NCBI GenBank assembly: GCA_002633005.1
Contig: NMRA01000262.1
Location: 130,902-194,901 of the forward strand
Direction of reading: 5' to 3'
DNA from: Phoronis australis
Lineage: Eukaryota; Animalia; Phoronida
DNA length: 64,000 bases
Each line of letters starts with the position of its first letter. The stretch's first letter is position 1. The position numbers were made by a program, and so were the translations under genes. The notes beneath the pieces were generated by a model, which saw only the letters and a program-made list of their open reading frames with translations, did no database searches and was not told the DNA's origin. Positions 11,379-24,248 of this stretch are shown here, in pieces.

Positions 11379-12958
11379 AGACGAGCAGGACGTAGACTTT
11401 AGGATGTATACCTGGCGTGTCTCCAGGAATGTTTTTGTCAAATTGTAGTGATGAATTGTGGTAACGAACTCTATATTATTGTCTTTGGTAAATACACTAT
11501 ACCCTATATTATCCTAAATACACTATTTTATTGTCTATTATAGTCACTTCTTAAACTTTTTTCAGGTCTAATTTTCTCAGAACAATTTGTCTAGCACATA
11601 CATTTAATGGCCGTGAACCGCCTTGTTTTCGAAGCCGTGTTATTCTTATTTAAAATATAAGCATTGTTGTGCTTACATTAATCTTTAATTCAATTTCAGA
11701 ACTGTTGGCATTTTTGTAAAATTATATCACAATTAGTTTTCCTGTTTATTTTTTCTGAATTCAGCTTTAATTTAAATGGTTTAAAAGTAGAAACCTTATT
11801 TTTTTCAAAGAATGCTTATAAGTCATTTAAAAGCAAATGAAAGCCATTCAAATTCAAGTAGTTATACGATAGCCACCCCTAAGTTGGAAAAATTTGAGGG
11901 GTGTCTGTTTTAAGAAGACGTAGGCGTCATTTTGAAGTTGAAGTGGTCAGTTTTGCAAGTATCCACCTGTGGGATGAAAACTAGACCACTTCTGCAACAA
12001 TGGTCCTACAAAACGAGTCCTAGAAAAAGCTGCTTGTAGTCATTCATTTGAAATGCAATTACCAATAATATTCTCATTTTATCGTGTTGAATAAGAGTAA
12101 GAAATCATGGTATGAGTGTTGTTACCTATAAAATTAAAAATCTAACGAAGAATTGTGTGCTTCAGCACTTGTTACAAAATGCAACTTTTGTCGGTGCACA
12201 CAGAACGCAGGCATTTCGATATGTAATTGAAATTTGTGTTTTTGCCTTTGGAAAAGTTGGGGTTTTTCATATGGAAATAGACAATATTGTAAAACGAAAA
12301 GTGTAATAACCAATTTATAATATGAAATGCTCAATTACCTAAAGAATATGTCGTTTATCGCCCATTTACGTAGATTGTAACCATATAGTCAAAATTCACA
12401 CTAGCAGGGAAGTATGTGGCAAGCTTGCCGCGTGGCCTGCGAGATAAACTCCTGTGTTAGCTGGCCTCTACGGACTACCAGCCCTGCGTGGCGATGAGGT
12501 CCTCTGCCATCGTCTGAGCGGTAGGCCTAAAGCGCAGCGTGTTGTAGGGGGAAGACCTGCATCCAGCACCAGGTCAGGAAATAACTGAAACACACAGGCC
12601 CCAAAAAAAATTTGCCACGAACCCATTACCTGCAGTGCATCGTGTGTCTTTCGAGGTTATCGCTCCACAGAACAATAAAATTTGCAATTGTCAAGTGACG
12701 CTAACATGGATTCTTCAAATTTGAATGTGACAAGACAAAACCAAGTTATGTGGTGTATTTCAAATGCATGCGTACTGAATATTCCTGGCCTGTTTTTGCT
12801 AATATATTTATTGTGTAACATCTTATAACAAAGTATCTAATTAAGTAAACAGTTAACGCTCTAACCGCTTCTGAACCAGAGTGTGTTTCATAAATAACTA
12901 TCTCATTTTCTCTTGTTCAACTATAGAGATGATTGTTAAAATTTCTGTCAGTATCTTA

Positions 12959-13096
12959 CAGTGTTCGAGCCTCAGCAAATAAATGTGCTAGACCCACGGG
13001 CCAATTACTTTTATATGAGACCACATCCACATGGGCCAGGAGGAAAGTCACTGTCTGGCCTTGGGCCACCGGGCCAGCATCATATTTCGAACACTG
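12959..13096. mobile_element. 138-bp hAT-type MITE nested in Merlin
   Basis: TIR cagtgttcga/tcgaacactg; perfect 8-bp TSD GTATCTTA (12951-12958, 13097-13104). Confidence 0.9.
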
Positions 13097-15719
13097 GTAT
13101 CTTACCGATTACAAAAAGTAGTGACGAGTTATAGTATTCAAATCGGATAAACTATCAACTGCACTAACGCCCCATTTAAAAAGCGTATGTATTCACTGTT
13201 TAAAAACCCCCAAGTTCCCTCATTGTTTAATTGGTGCATGTCCAATTCACAATACATCTGCATTATAGCTTGACCAAATGAATTCACAGAATTATTGTTG
13301 TTTGTATTTGAACTAAAGGCATCATATCTATATCAATTATATGTTGTGATTTATCGTAAATCATGAAGTCATTTAGGTTAAGTTACCCAAACTGGCAACC
13401 GAGTCGCAATTTACATATGATATATTCAATTTTAAGTTATTTTTCACAGAAATACTTATTACCCTGATTGTATCCCATAGGTATACCCTGGTGACTCACT
13501 AGTGATCTGTTCAGTGTCTTTGGCCCAAGTCTCCACCTCTCCAATTACGTCATGTTAACTTAGTCAATAGTTTTCTTACAAATTATTTTCTTTTTTTAAA
13601 GTCCTTGTGTATTCCATGTCGCCAAATCGAGGCCTTAACATGATTCCTATCCCAGGTTTTTTTTCGTTGTTCCACTTATTTCTTTAATCCTCAAAAGCCA
13701 GTGGTCCAGACTTTGCAAAAGTGTATTGTTCCTGCAAGACTGGTTCTCAAGATCATCTACTAAGCTTTCCGTTCCAGCGATTTAACTGTTTTTGAGATAG
13801 TGACTCATTCAGATGTTGTCCCACGTTGAGCATTTCTTTCTCCATTTTTGTCGAACCCAGAATTAATACTTTGTAATAGTTATGATGGCATTTAGAATCT
13901 TATTGAGGCCCAGATATACATTTATTTAAAAATAGAATTTAACAAGTAAGTGTTCCACAACGAAAGATGTAATAAGAGTGTGACATGCAAGGAAATCTCA
14001 AACCTTTGTCCTAGCGCATATGGACTTAGAAAATAAAAACAAATGTTTAGAAGTTTAAAACTACCATCCATGGAAAACTCCTTCCGAACCAAATCCATCT
14101 ATTTTTGTAATATTTAAAAACGGTTTTTAAATGTCTCAGAAAGCGTGTTCAGGAAGTTTTGTCAGAAGTCATAGAACACGAATGGTCTGATAGACAATAA
14201 GTTGTCGTCTGTCCAACCAGGCACTTTGAGGTCCTCGGTGAATAATTTCTGAGAGTGCGGGATGGGGGCGATTAATTTTTTGTCAAGATGACCACCACGG
14301 GATTTTGCTTAAGCCAAGGAATGCGTATGGTCAGGTGGATTGTAGGTGTTGTATAATGTTTGTTCGTGCCGACGCGACGCGTTTTTGCTCAAATCTCAGA
14401 ACGCTTGTGGTAGGGGAGACATTTTTCGTCCAAACGACCACGCACTGTAAGTGTCTTAGAAAAGGCATGGTCCCGACGGATAATTTTTTACCCTACAACC
14501 AGGCACTTTAAACAACTCAGGGAACGTGGTCGGGGCTTTTAATTTTCATCCGTACCGACCAACCCCACGCGATTTTGTTTTTTTTTTAAAGCTGCAGTTT
14601 TCTTTTTTCAGTAATGTCCGCATACCGAACAACTCGATCACCTTTTTTATATTTTAGCGGGCTGGGTGCGTGCATGCAAGTGCGCCGACCTCATGCCTTA
14701 ATGTCCACTGACAAGTGTTTAGTTTTTAGCAGCAAGACTACCACACGATTTTGTTCGTGGCATAAAATGCATAACGGTATGGTGGGACGGACACTTTTCG
14801 CCCGCCGCTACCGCGACGAGTTTATCTATTTGTTGTTTTTACGATCACGCGCTAAGGTACGTGTGCCAGTGGTCCAAGCGGTTGAATTTTATATAAATGA
14901 CCACATAGTCCTTAAAACGGTTTAGTGAATGTAAGGTGCATTGGCAGGCTTCTATTTTTTTAGCATCAAAAATTGTGTTCGAGTCATGCGGGGTGTACCG
15001 ATGTTCAGCCTTACCTGTCAGCAGGCTTATTTTTTGCCTTGTTTTAGATAACACGTGGTCCAAGCGCATAATTTTTGTCCATACGAGCACGCACTTGCGA
15101 GTTAAAGAACCCATGTTCCAAACCGTCAATTTTTGTCCATGCGACCACGCACTTCAATTTGAGTGTCGGTATTATATGCCTGTGGTTTGAGGGGAGGAAG
15201 AATTTTATCCATACGACCACGCACTTTAAATAAGCTAGTTAGGAGGTATATAAGGATGATTACTATCCACACCAGCTGATTCTTCTTATTTTGAATTATC
15301 TCTGTAAAAGTGTGCATTGCTGGTGGATAACATTGCCAATAAAAAAACTACTGTGATTGAATTTTCATTTACATGTACACGACGTAGTTGTCATCTACAG
15401 GTGGCGCAATAATACGACCACATTCAAACAAGGCGTCTCCGCAAGTTAATCGAGTTCGAAAAATTTTGTTGATATTTCGATTGCATATTGGAGGTTTGGA
15501 GAAGTATTAACACTGCAAGATAGAAAAGAATAGTCATTTTATGTCTCCGAACTGAAACCAACTCGCATATCATTAAAAAGAAGTACCTTGGGAGCCGTAT
15601 TTGTGGCCATTACCGTTTAGCCAGCCAGCTTGAGCTAGCTACTGAGACAGTGATTGCTGTGCGAAGACTAGGGAACAGTCAACACGTAGCCAAGTGGTTG
15701 GCTGGTTGGTCTACAATAC

Positions 15720-17120
15720 TTCCCATCGCTTTCTGAACTAATCTCGTCCTGTGTAATTTAAACAGGCGGTAGTCGAAATGAATTGTGCCTTGCACGAGAA
15801 AGTGAGGTCCTAAAATAGATCCCTGTGGTACACCTGTAGAAATGTCAAGTTGGGACGAAGTGACAGTATCAAGGCAGATGAACTGCTTTCTGTTTCCAAG
15901 GTAGCTATGAAACCAAGAAAATTTGTTATTAGAAAACCGGTAATGTTTTATTTTTTTAGGAGAATATCGTGATCAATGGTATCAGAGGCTTTAGAAATAT
16001 CCATGAATACCAAAATTGGGTTTAACTGCTTGCCTAAGTTTTTGTAAAGAGAGTGGACGAATTCAGTAGCCGTGATTTCAGTGGAGTGGTTGGGTCTGAA
16101 ACCATACTGGGGCTTATAATAGGAGATTGTTATGAGAAAAATAAGAATAGACTTGATCATGAACAATTTTTTCAAAAAACTTTGGAAACTGTTGGTAGAA
16201 TAGATATTGGTCTGTAGTTAACACAAGAGCTATTGTCGGTGTCATTACCTTTATAAGTAGGGATTACCTTAGCTACCTTCAAACCATTGGAGAAAATGCC
16301 TGTGAGTAGGGATTGGTTTATAATCATAGAAATTGGTTTGCATGATAAGTCTGAGTATTTTTTGATAAATGAACCTGATATGCCATCACTGTCTGTAGTG
16401 AATTTGAATTTTAGATTTTTCATTACCTTCAGTACTTTGTCGTCAGCAACGGTTTTAAACTTAAAGATAGAGTCTGGGAAACAGTGAAGATAATTTTCGA
16501 AACGTTCATTGCATATGGTATTTGGGAAGCCAAATTCTTATCAATGTTAATGAAATAGTTGTTGAACTGATCATTTTTTTTCTGTTTATCAGTAAGGTGT
16601 CCAGATGCAGTAGAGGTAATAAACTGAGGGAGAACAGTTCTGAAGGATGAGTTAGAAATTACGTTTTTGATGACTTGCCAAGTTTTGCGGATATCATTTT
16701 TGTGTTGCTTGAACTGTTTTTCATACGTTTGGCTTCTTTTATTACAGACTTAAGTAATGTTACAATTTCGCAGTTTTATTGAATAAATGCGAGAAAAAAT
16801 AGAATCAGGAGGTGTCATTTTCATTTTTTATAGATTTTGCCTCGCACTTTTATTGATTTTGATATACCAAATTTAATCCAGTCTTTGGGTTCATGTTTAT
16901 CCTTGTTGAAACGTTTGGTTTTTGAGTGAAAATGTTTATTTACCAAATCTTAAATAATTGTTCTTAAGTGACTATAATTGGTGTTAGGATTTTGAGACGA
17001 AGTCAACTGAAGCCAAATCAGTTTTAAAATTGGCATGAGATTTTTTTTGACTGTGAGGATGAGGTTTATTTGTTTATTAATATTGAGAGACACAAATATG
17101 GGGAAATGGTCCGATAAATT
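15720..17120 (-). mobile_element. Degenerate non-LTR retrotransposon (CR1/L2-group-like) ORF2 fragment
   Basis: Frameshifted RT motifs NYRPISILPTVSKVF, QYGFRPNHST, VFMDISKASDTIDHDILL and a (G)xPQGSILGP-like segment; SDHFPIF (end of the endonuclease domain) near 17100. Confidence 0.88.
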
Positions 17121-17563
17121 ACTTACGTTTAGTTTCCTTGGAGTTCAATGGAAACATGTGGACAGTATTGGGAGGTTCCTTGTCAATCCACCTCATTCAG
17201 GAAGCAGCATGTACATAGACAATGTTCAGTGCCTCCTACAGTTCAATACCCCTTATAAGATTCAACAGAACCACATCAGATTATGGTACTATTACGTCAA
17301 ATAACCGCAATGGTGTCATTGTGATGAGCAGATGTGCTATCTAATTACCACTCTGTTACTTTGTGTGCAGAGTTCAAAAGTTTCATGTGGAAAGCCAATA
17401 AAATAGAATGTCAAGGAATGAGAACATTTCACCTTTAGTTAGTCCATGTGGCAAGTCTTGCTAACCAGATATTTTTTTCAAAATTGGCCCAAGATTGAAG
17501 GTTAAGTCGCTTTCATTTTCTCACAACAGTTGTAGGTTGAATGGATCCCATTTCATGATAAGA

Positions 17564-17623
17564 ACATCATGAGTCCTGTACAAGGAAGGAAGGACATCAT
17601 GAGTCCTGTACAAGGAAGGAAGG
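17564..17623. repeat. 30-bp tandem duplication
   Basis: acatcatgagtcctgtaca(a/g)ggaaggaagg x2. Confidence 0.9.
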
Positions 17624-18950
17624 GATGGTTTAAGTCCATGACTCATGTAAGGGCTGGTGCAGCAGTGAGCCCGAGATCAAATTTGATAAACGAAGTCAAT
17701 TGCCCAAGGTTCACGTTGAACTGGAAAATGTGCTATCTTCGAATAAAATGTGTGACATTCAAGTAAAATGTGGGTGCTGACGTCAACAGAAAATGGAGAA
17801 GTGTATGATTTCAGAATGTATCACTTTTTAGCGTTTTCATACAACAGCAGTACTGGGTATGTTTTATCTTTCATAACGTAGTTATAAAACTGCTTGCAAC
17901 TAATGTTTCTTAGTAGTTATTTGCTCAGGTGTGCATCATGAAGATTTTTGAGTTTTAACAATTTTGTGCAGGTCAGGTGTGGGCATGTGTTGTAATAAAG
18001 ATTAAGTCAAGTTTGAGCTCAGATTACCAAGAACTTGATACATTGCCGGTGACTATGGTTAGATTTGATTACAGACATGTATTAGAGATATAACTTAGAA
18101 ATGTAACTTAACCTAGTGTTATCTCTGTTGAATGCTCATAAATTTTTGCTCTGCTGTAAATACCAATGTTGTCTGTGGCCAGGTACAACTTGACCTCAGT
18201 GTGGGTGGCTGTCTTTCCCACATTTCCTACTTGTCATGTACATTTACTCACCCAAGACAATACCACCAATTCTGCATACCCTAGCTTCATACGGTACCAT
18301 CTAGATGGTTACTTTACAATGAAAATTAAGATACAGTGTTTTATGGTACCCAGCGCTTATTCTATTCCAGCCTGTGACTCGCAGGATTTTCTGTTTTTCA
18401 TGATTCAATGCATAATAGCAGCACACACTATTGATTGTCGTCATTCTTGTAAAATCTCATCCAGCATATATGCAATAGCGTTCTTGCCACTTATTTAGAG
18501 CCAACGCTGTCTTATATATTACATTGAACGGCATGCTTGCAATAAACGGAATGTGAAGCGGTAATTTGAAATGGGTTTTGACTGGCTGGGAGGGTTTTTT
18601 GCCCTGGACTAGGTTGGCCTTGGCTGTATTGTGCTACCTATGGCTCTTGCTATTTTCATAATCACTGTTATTGTAGAAGAGGATACTCACAGAATAGTGC
18701 CCATTGTTGTTTGCATTTACAATAAATACTATGCTTGTTTGTATTGTCCCAAGGAGTTAGCGCCGATTCAAATGAAGGTTTTTTAACGGGAAGTTTGCTG
18801 ATTGCCAGTACTTCTTAAAGATAGATAAGTACATGGCTTAATAAGGATGTTACTTAGTTTCATTTCTTGATTACATTAAAGTTGGATGTTGAAGTGGCAT
18901 TGATAAGGAGTTCTTTTTCAGAGAGGAGATTTGATGGTTGTATCCATGTC

Positions 18951-19041
18951 ATGGCTGCTGTAACACTTATAGTCTGGACTATCTACATATTTATCACATC
19001 AGGACAAGCTGAACTGAACATCAAAAGCTTCCCAAATGGAA
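18951..19041 (+). CDS. Orphan type I membrane receptor, coding exon 1: signal peptide (exon starts 18922)
   Basis: Acceptor tctttttcag|; gtcATGG Kozak context; MAAVTLIVWTIYIFITSGQA-ELNIKSFPNG; donor A|gtaagg, phase 1. Confidence 0.7.
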
Positions 19042-19526
19042 GTAAGGTTTAGAAAAATGTTATTACCTGTTTATGATATTAATTTTGTGTTCTTATATGT
19101 AGGAGATGGGTTTTCACATTACTACTAGTACTGTGCTTTGTTTACATTCTTTCATTCATACACATACATGTATCTAGGCTCACGCTAGCCGCTCGCTAAC
19201 TCACCATTGGTTAATTCTGAGCGGCACTGGTGATGGTAGAGCTAAGTCCATTCGCCAACAGGCTCAAGTTGCGGACACATCAGAATAGGAGTAAATAAGC
19301 AATTTTACTGTATCAACAGACTGGCTCCAATAAAAATAAGGTAGATAGCGTTGTTACAAGGAAGACGTCCACATTAACTTGGCCAACCATTTTCCCGTTG
19401 TAAGTGCCTGAGCGAATCAGGTAACCAATGACGCAAAGTTTTCCAGAACGAACTTGAATCTAAGGAGTCCTGTTGATGCTGCTACACAGTAAATTTGTTT
19501 TCAAAATTTTATAGTGTTCCAATTAT

Positions 19527-21193
19527 AGGAGAATGCCACCCTATTTAATTAGTCTTTTTGCCATCTTAATCGGTCTATATCCACATCGCCTCGCATACAG
19601 TCGACCTTACCTTGCCAAGAGGTGTCGCGTTAACCGGTGAGGAAGGTGAGAAACAACGCTAGCGACGTCAGTGGTTCATATACAGAGTGAATGCCGCTAT
19701 GTTGCGGTGCATCATTCCCACTTGTCCAAACTAAGCAGCTACGAGGAAAGCGGGTATATCGTTTTGTTAATTCCTCGAGAGTCCGAAATGCTTAGGAAGT
19801 GGCTCATGGTAGTGAAGAATGAAATGTACGCTGTAAATAGCAAGTGTGACGCCGTGAAACATCTCCGTGTCTGTGACCTGCAGACGTTGATAGTGCCTGA
19901 CGAATGCCGGCTTACCAAGTAACTCCATACGTTCCGTTTTCTGAGCTTGTTCACTACGCCTCTCTAGTATTTCTTCATCACTGTATTCCTGTTTGAATTG
20001 ATAGCCTGTAAAACTTAACAATCCACCTGCGAAGTCAGGACTGATTGAGCTCTAGCTCGTCCTAAGTCAGGATTGCGAGTTGCCATGTTCGTAACTGAGC
20101 ATTCTGTTTCAACTGAATTATTTTCACCCTAACCAATACTTATGTAAAACTCAAGCAAAATCTGTCTCATTAGATGCAATTTGTAATGCCTTTGGAGTGT
20201 TCGTGAGTGCAAATGATTTGAGAAGCCAACAATGAATAAATCTATGCGTTACCGACTTTAGGTGCAATAAAACTAATTGACGGGACACCGAGGCTGTGTG
20301 AGCTCATGCTAATTTAGTGTTTGCTGTCAGAAACTGTTGTGAGACAACTCGATTTCCATCCCACTGCCAGGTGTTAGGGGAATCTTTATTTATATTTACA
20401 TTACTCAAATAATGATTGCCAATGTACAACTTCTGCCCTGACGGTGCTGTGGCCAAAGCGGAGGCGGCCCCCGACGAGTTAGTAGATTTGCAGTTTCGGG
20501 GCTAGTTCACCAACATAATCACGTGCACATTACTTTGACTCACTACTATAGTATTTTTTGAATGGAAGTTTAGTTTCCACTGAACTTTTGCTGGTTTATT
20601 TTCATGATGTCTGATCAGTTTCCCAGCCACTGGCCGGGATAACGGAGGAGTCAATCCGGCCGGCGGCGACGGGCGTGATCGGGCTCCGCCGGAGCCACTG
20701 GCCAGGATGACAAGCGTTTTGTGTTTAGAACTCAAAAATCACAAGTCTAAACAACACAGATCTAGGTTCTCCTGTCTGTATCTCACGGAAAATACTTCGA
20801 AATTATCTCCGAACAGACCCCAAACTCCTGCTATGGACCTTATTGGCCTGCCGAACTTTGTAGGCTACGGTGTGTCCAAATACCAATAAATCCGTAAGAG
20901 CGAAATAAAACAACGCGTTTTTATAAGAACTCGGTGTATTTTCAAGGGTTTTACATCGAAGTTTGATGATTTATTGGTGTTAAACGATGACTTCAAGTGA
21001 TAAACTGACACCAGTAACCCGTGTTGTGAACTGCTGAACAGACTGCGTGTGAAACCGATGACGTCATTGGATAATTTCAACACCTCCGTCTGCCGTCAGG
21101 TGTCAGGTAAAGCAACCATACGTGTTGTTATGGAGTAGAACTACTCGATCTAAATTGATACAAATTTGGTTGTTTTTTGGGTGGCATGCTCCT
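19527..21193 (+). mobile_element. Non-autonomous Kolobok element, copy 1 (decayed THAP on +, KolX-like start on -)
   Basis: TIRs aggagaatgccaccc / gggtggcatgctcct; flanks TTAT/TTAA; THAP remnant IPRESEMLRKWL...HLRVC; antisense GYQFKQEYSDEE. Confidence 0.8.
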
Positions 21194-21774
21194 TTAATTC
21201 ATATTTCGTTCAAATCAATGAGGCTAGTTCATCGTAATTTAGCATGGTTAATGCACTGTTGAAAAAAAGTATGCGCTATCAACATGAGACCAAAATGTTG
21301 GTTTTCGTCATGGAGAAGAGCTACAGTCTGGTGATAGCAACACAGAATCATAATATGAAGGCAATGATTTTTTAATGTATGTTGTGTTGTCGGTCTTTTT
21401 TTCCGTACGGTTAAGGATTACTTGTGGATGTCGGAACAAAAACTGATTGAGGGTTCATGATTACATTGGTGAACAACAACATATGTCATCAATGTTGTCA
21501 TCTTCCCTGTTTCCATCCAACCTTTCCTGATGAAAATGTGAATGAAGAGGACCTTCAGTGCTTGAATGAGCATGGTGTACTATGTCATTTATGTTGAATT
21601 ATTCAACGGTTCTTTTTAGAACCATCACACACTATACCTAAGGCTCATACACAATACAACCAATTGGCCCTTCTAAGGGCTTCTAACGCTTGCCAGAAGA
21701 ACTGCTCACTTGAGACAGACTTTGAACCAATGAATTTGTTCTTCTGGTGCATTTCAATCCGATCAAAATTAATA

Positions 21775-21965
21775 TACTGCAAACGTTTGGGTTAACGCCC
21801 ATGTTCACTTAACCGCCCATCTCCAACTGTAGGTGGATTTCCGATTTAAGCGCCCGCTGCTCGATTAAGCGCCCCCCTGCGATTTTTGAAGATATCCAGT
21901 TTATCGCCCACCTCTCGATTAAGCGCCCATCCCCGACTTTTAAAGAGTGAAGATTTAGCGCCCAG
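21775..21965 (+). repeat. One end of a TAAGCGCCC-repeat DNA element (related to 47841-49263)
   Basis: About six t(a/t)a(g/c)cgccc motifs after tactgcaaac; no partner end found. Confidence 0.5.
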
Positions 21966-22409
21966 TGCTAAGGAAACGCGCGATTTCCAGACTTTTAGCT
22001 AAAGATCGATGATCACAATGAGCGCAATGACGCCGGGCCTCGGAGAGGGTGGCTTAGCAATGTCAATCATATACAAGTAACGAATTATTGTCCTTGGTCA
22101 TGAACTTACTTCAAAATATAATATGTGAATGTTTTTGTCACTTTATTTTCTTCCCATTTTCCCAAAGTTTAAGAACCCCGCCGGTGTCAATACCTCTGCT
22201 TTCAGCGATGCTTTCTTCCGCACTGAGTTTCCGTCTGCAGTGCACTAGATAAAACATATATTTGAAAAAATCAGGCCAGAGAAATGTGACAATGGTTTTA
22301 CCAACCCTCCAAATTCTCTTTAGGTGGGAACCTCTTGTATTTTGAAGAATTCCCATAACTCACGGAAAGATGTCAAATTCTCACTATTTTGAGGAATGTA
22401 ACTGACGGG

Positions 22410-23757
22410 TTATAGAGGATATATAGCGACGGAAGGGACAGTGTACCTCACTGGGTTAACGATTTGCTGCCTCTCGATTTCTGAATTGAGATGTTCGGAA
22501 TAAGTTACTTTATGTTTGTGCATATCTTGAAGTAATAAAAAACTGGAAATCAAACTTTGTTTTTCACTTATTGAAAGAACGTAGGAAATATTAAGATTTG
22601 GCGAGTTTGATGACATCACAGCGCACTCGGTCCGGCCAGTGATGAGACCGGACCAAGTAAACTTGCAAGCAAAACTACATTGTATTGAGCCCTAAAAATT
22701 GGTTGACAACTTTCCAAAGACACGTAGAAGAGATAATGGTTTTGCTGGAGCTGCTTGGTACATGTGAAATGTAATTAATTATTTTTCATTGGCGTCAACT
22801 ATGCTGTCTGGACTTCGTGGTAGCCAACCTCAGTGCGCCGGCATCGGTTTGGCCAGTGACGGGACCCGACTAAATAATTCTGCAAGCAGTGTATGGAACT
22901 AAAAATTGCTTGACAACCTTCTAAAGACACGCAGAAGAAGTTATGGTTTTGTTCTAAATGCTGGGTACATGTGAAATGAAATTTATTACTTTTCTGGAAC
23001 GTCAATGTCGTCTGGACCTCCTCAGCCAGCCCAAGTAAAACTTAAAAGAAACTTCATGTTTTGAGACGCAAACATTGTCTTGCTCTATTCAGTGGAATTG
23101 GTGTGAAGTTGTTAATGATCAATTATTACAAATATAGACGAAAATTTTACGACTCAGAATTGTCGAAACATTGAAAGCCTGCTGCCGTGGCTCTGCCAGC
23201 GCACGACACTCGTGGCGTCATTTCAAGTGAGCATTACAAGAGCAGCAAATGGTTCTTTAACAGTGAAAAGAACGAGAAACTATTTTAGAAGAAGCGATCT
23301 TTGAAGAAAAAATGAAATATTCCCATTCATCGAGTTTGATGACGTTACAACACACTCGGTCCGGCCGGGTCGTTGGAACACCGGACCAAGTAAACCTGCC
23401 CGCAAAACTACAGGTATTGAGTAGTAAAATTTTTTTGGTAACTTTCCAAAGACTTGTACCAGAGGTTATTGTTTTGTTGGAACTGCTGGGTACGGGCCAA
23501 TTGAAATTACTTTTCATTGCGCCAAGTATGTGCGGCGTCTCATGAATTACGTACTTGATAGCCATGGCAACTGTAAAACTTTAAAAGAAACTTTAGATTT
23601 TTAGACGCTAATGGGGTGTCGGTGACTTTATTCTGTGGAACGAATAAAGGTGTTTTGTAGAATTATCACCCTCGGGGCTAACTCCCCTTGGGCGATAATT
23701 CTCCAAAATCCACTCGGACTCTAGATAACGGGGGACAACGACTTCGCCATGTAATAA
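22410..23757. repeat. Unclassified repeat with internal direct duplications and a subterminal stem-loop
   Basis: 22600-22800 matches 23330-23520 and, partly, 22830-23005; 23035-23100 matches 23575-23640; hairpin agaattatcacc...ggcgataattct near 23660-23701. Confidence 0.5.
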
Positions 23758-24248
23758 TCTATATATATATATATATATATATGAAAAAGCAGATGCAGAG
23801 TGAAATTATGTGTGAAATCTAAGTGTTTGATTTGTCTGCGTTGTGCATTTTTGTCTCCAGTTCGCCCTGCCTGGCTCAGTAACTTAATTACTCTATTATC
23901 GTTTTTTTCAAAGGATTAAAACAAAGATTTTTGTCGACCACCTATATTTTTGTACCATATGAATTACTCAAATGATAAAAAAGCCCATATAAATGAAATT
24001 TGGTTTAGAAAAGCTGCAATTGTCAGACCTGTTCGCTATAACGCTATGGTAAACATTCAGATATCAGCGGTACATTGTTACTCGGTCGGAGGTATCTACT
24101 TGGTCTGCGAGGTCCGACCGTGAAAGCCGACCAAGTTAACTTGGTCGGGTGGCCTACTTGGTCTGCAACAGTCCCATCTGATCTCACTGCTTTCCATTGG
24201 GGCCCTCAGTAAAAACATACAATGGTAGTAACACAAACAAACAGACTT

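Larger units (their letters stand above)
9900..15614 (+). mobile_element. Non-autonomous Merlin (IS1595/ISXO2-like) DNA transposon, 5.7 kb
   Basis: ~40-bp TIRs ggtaatggtgacaaatacggctcccaaggtacttcttttt / aaaaagaagtaccttgggagccgtatttgtggccattacc. Perfect 8-bp TSD GTTTAGCC (9892-9899, 15615-15622). GG termini, subterminal repeat arrays on both arms, and a transposase remnant. Confidence 0.92.

Noticed and set aside
12484-12540. Canonical hammerhead or HDV-like ribozyme
   Set aside because: The core reads CTGAGCG/TAAA rather than CUGANGA/GAAA, and there is too little room for P2-P3-L3 within the candidate P1. Kept only as an unclassified structured-RNA candidate.
19103-19200. Second signal-peptide-like hydrophobic stretch (RWVFTLLLVLCFVYIL)
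   Set aside because: No start codon in that frame and no convincing donor before the stop.
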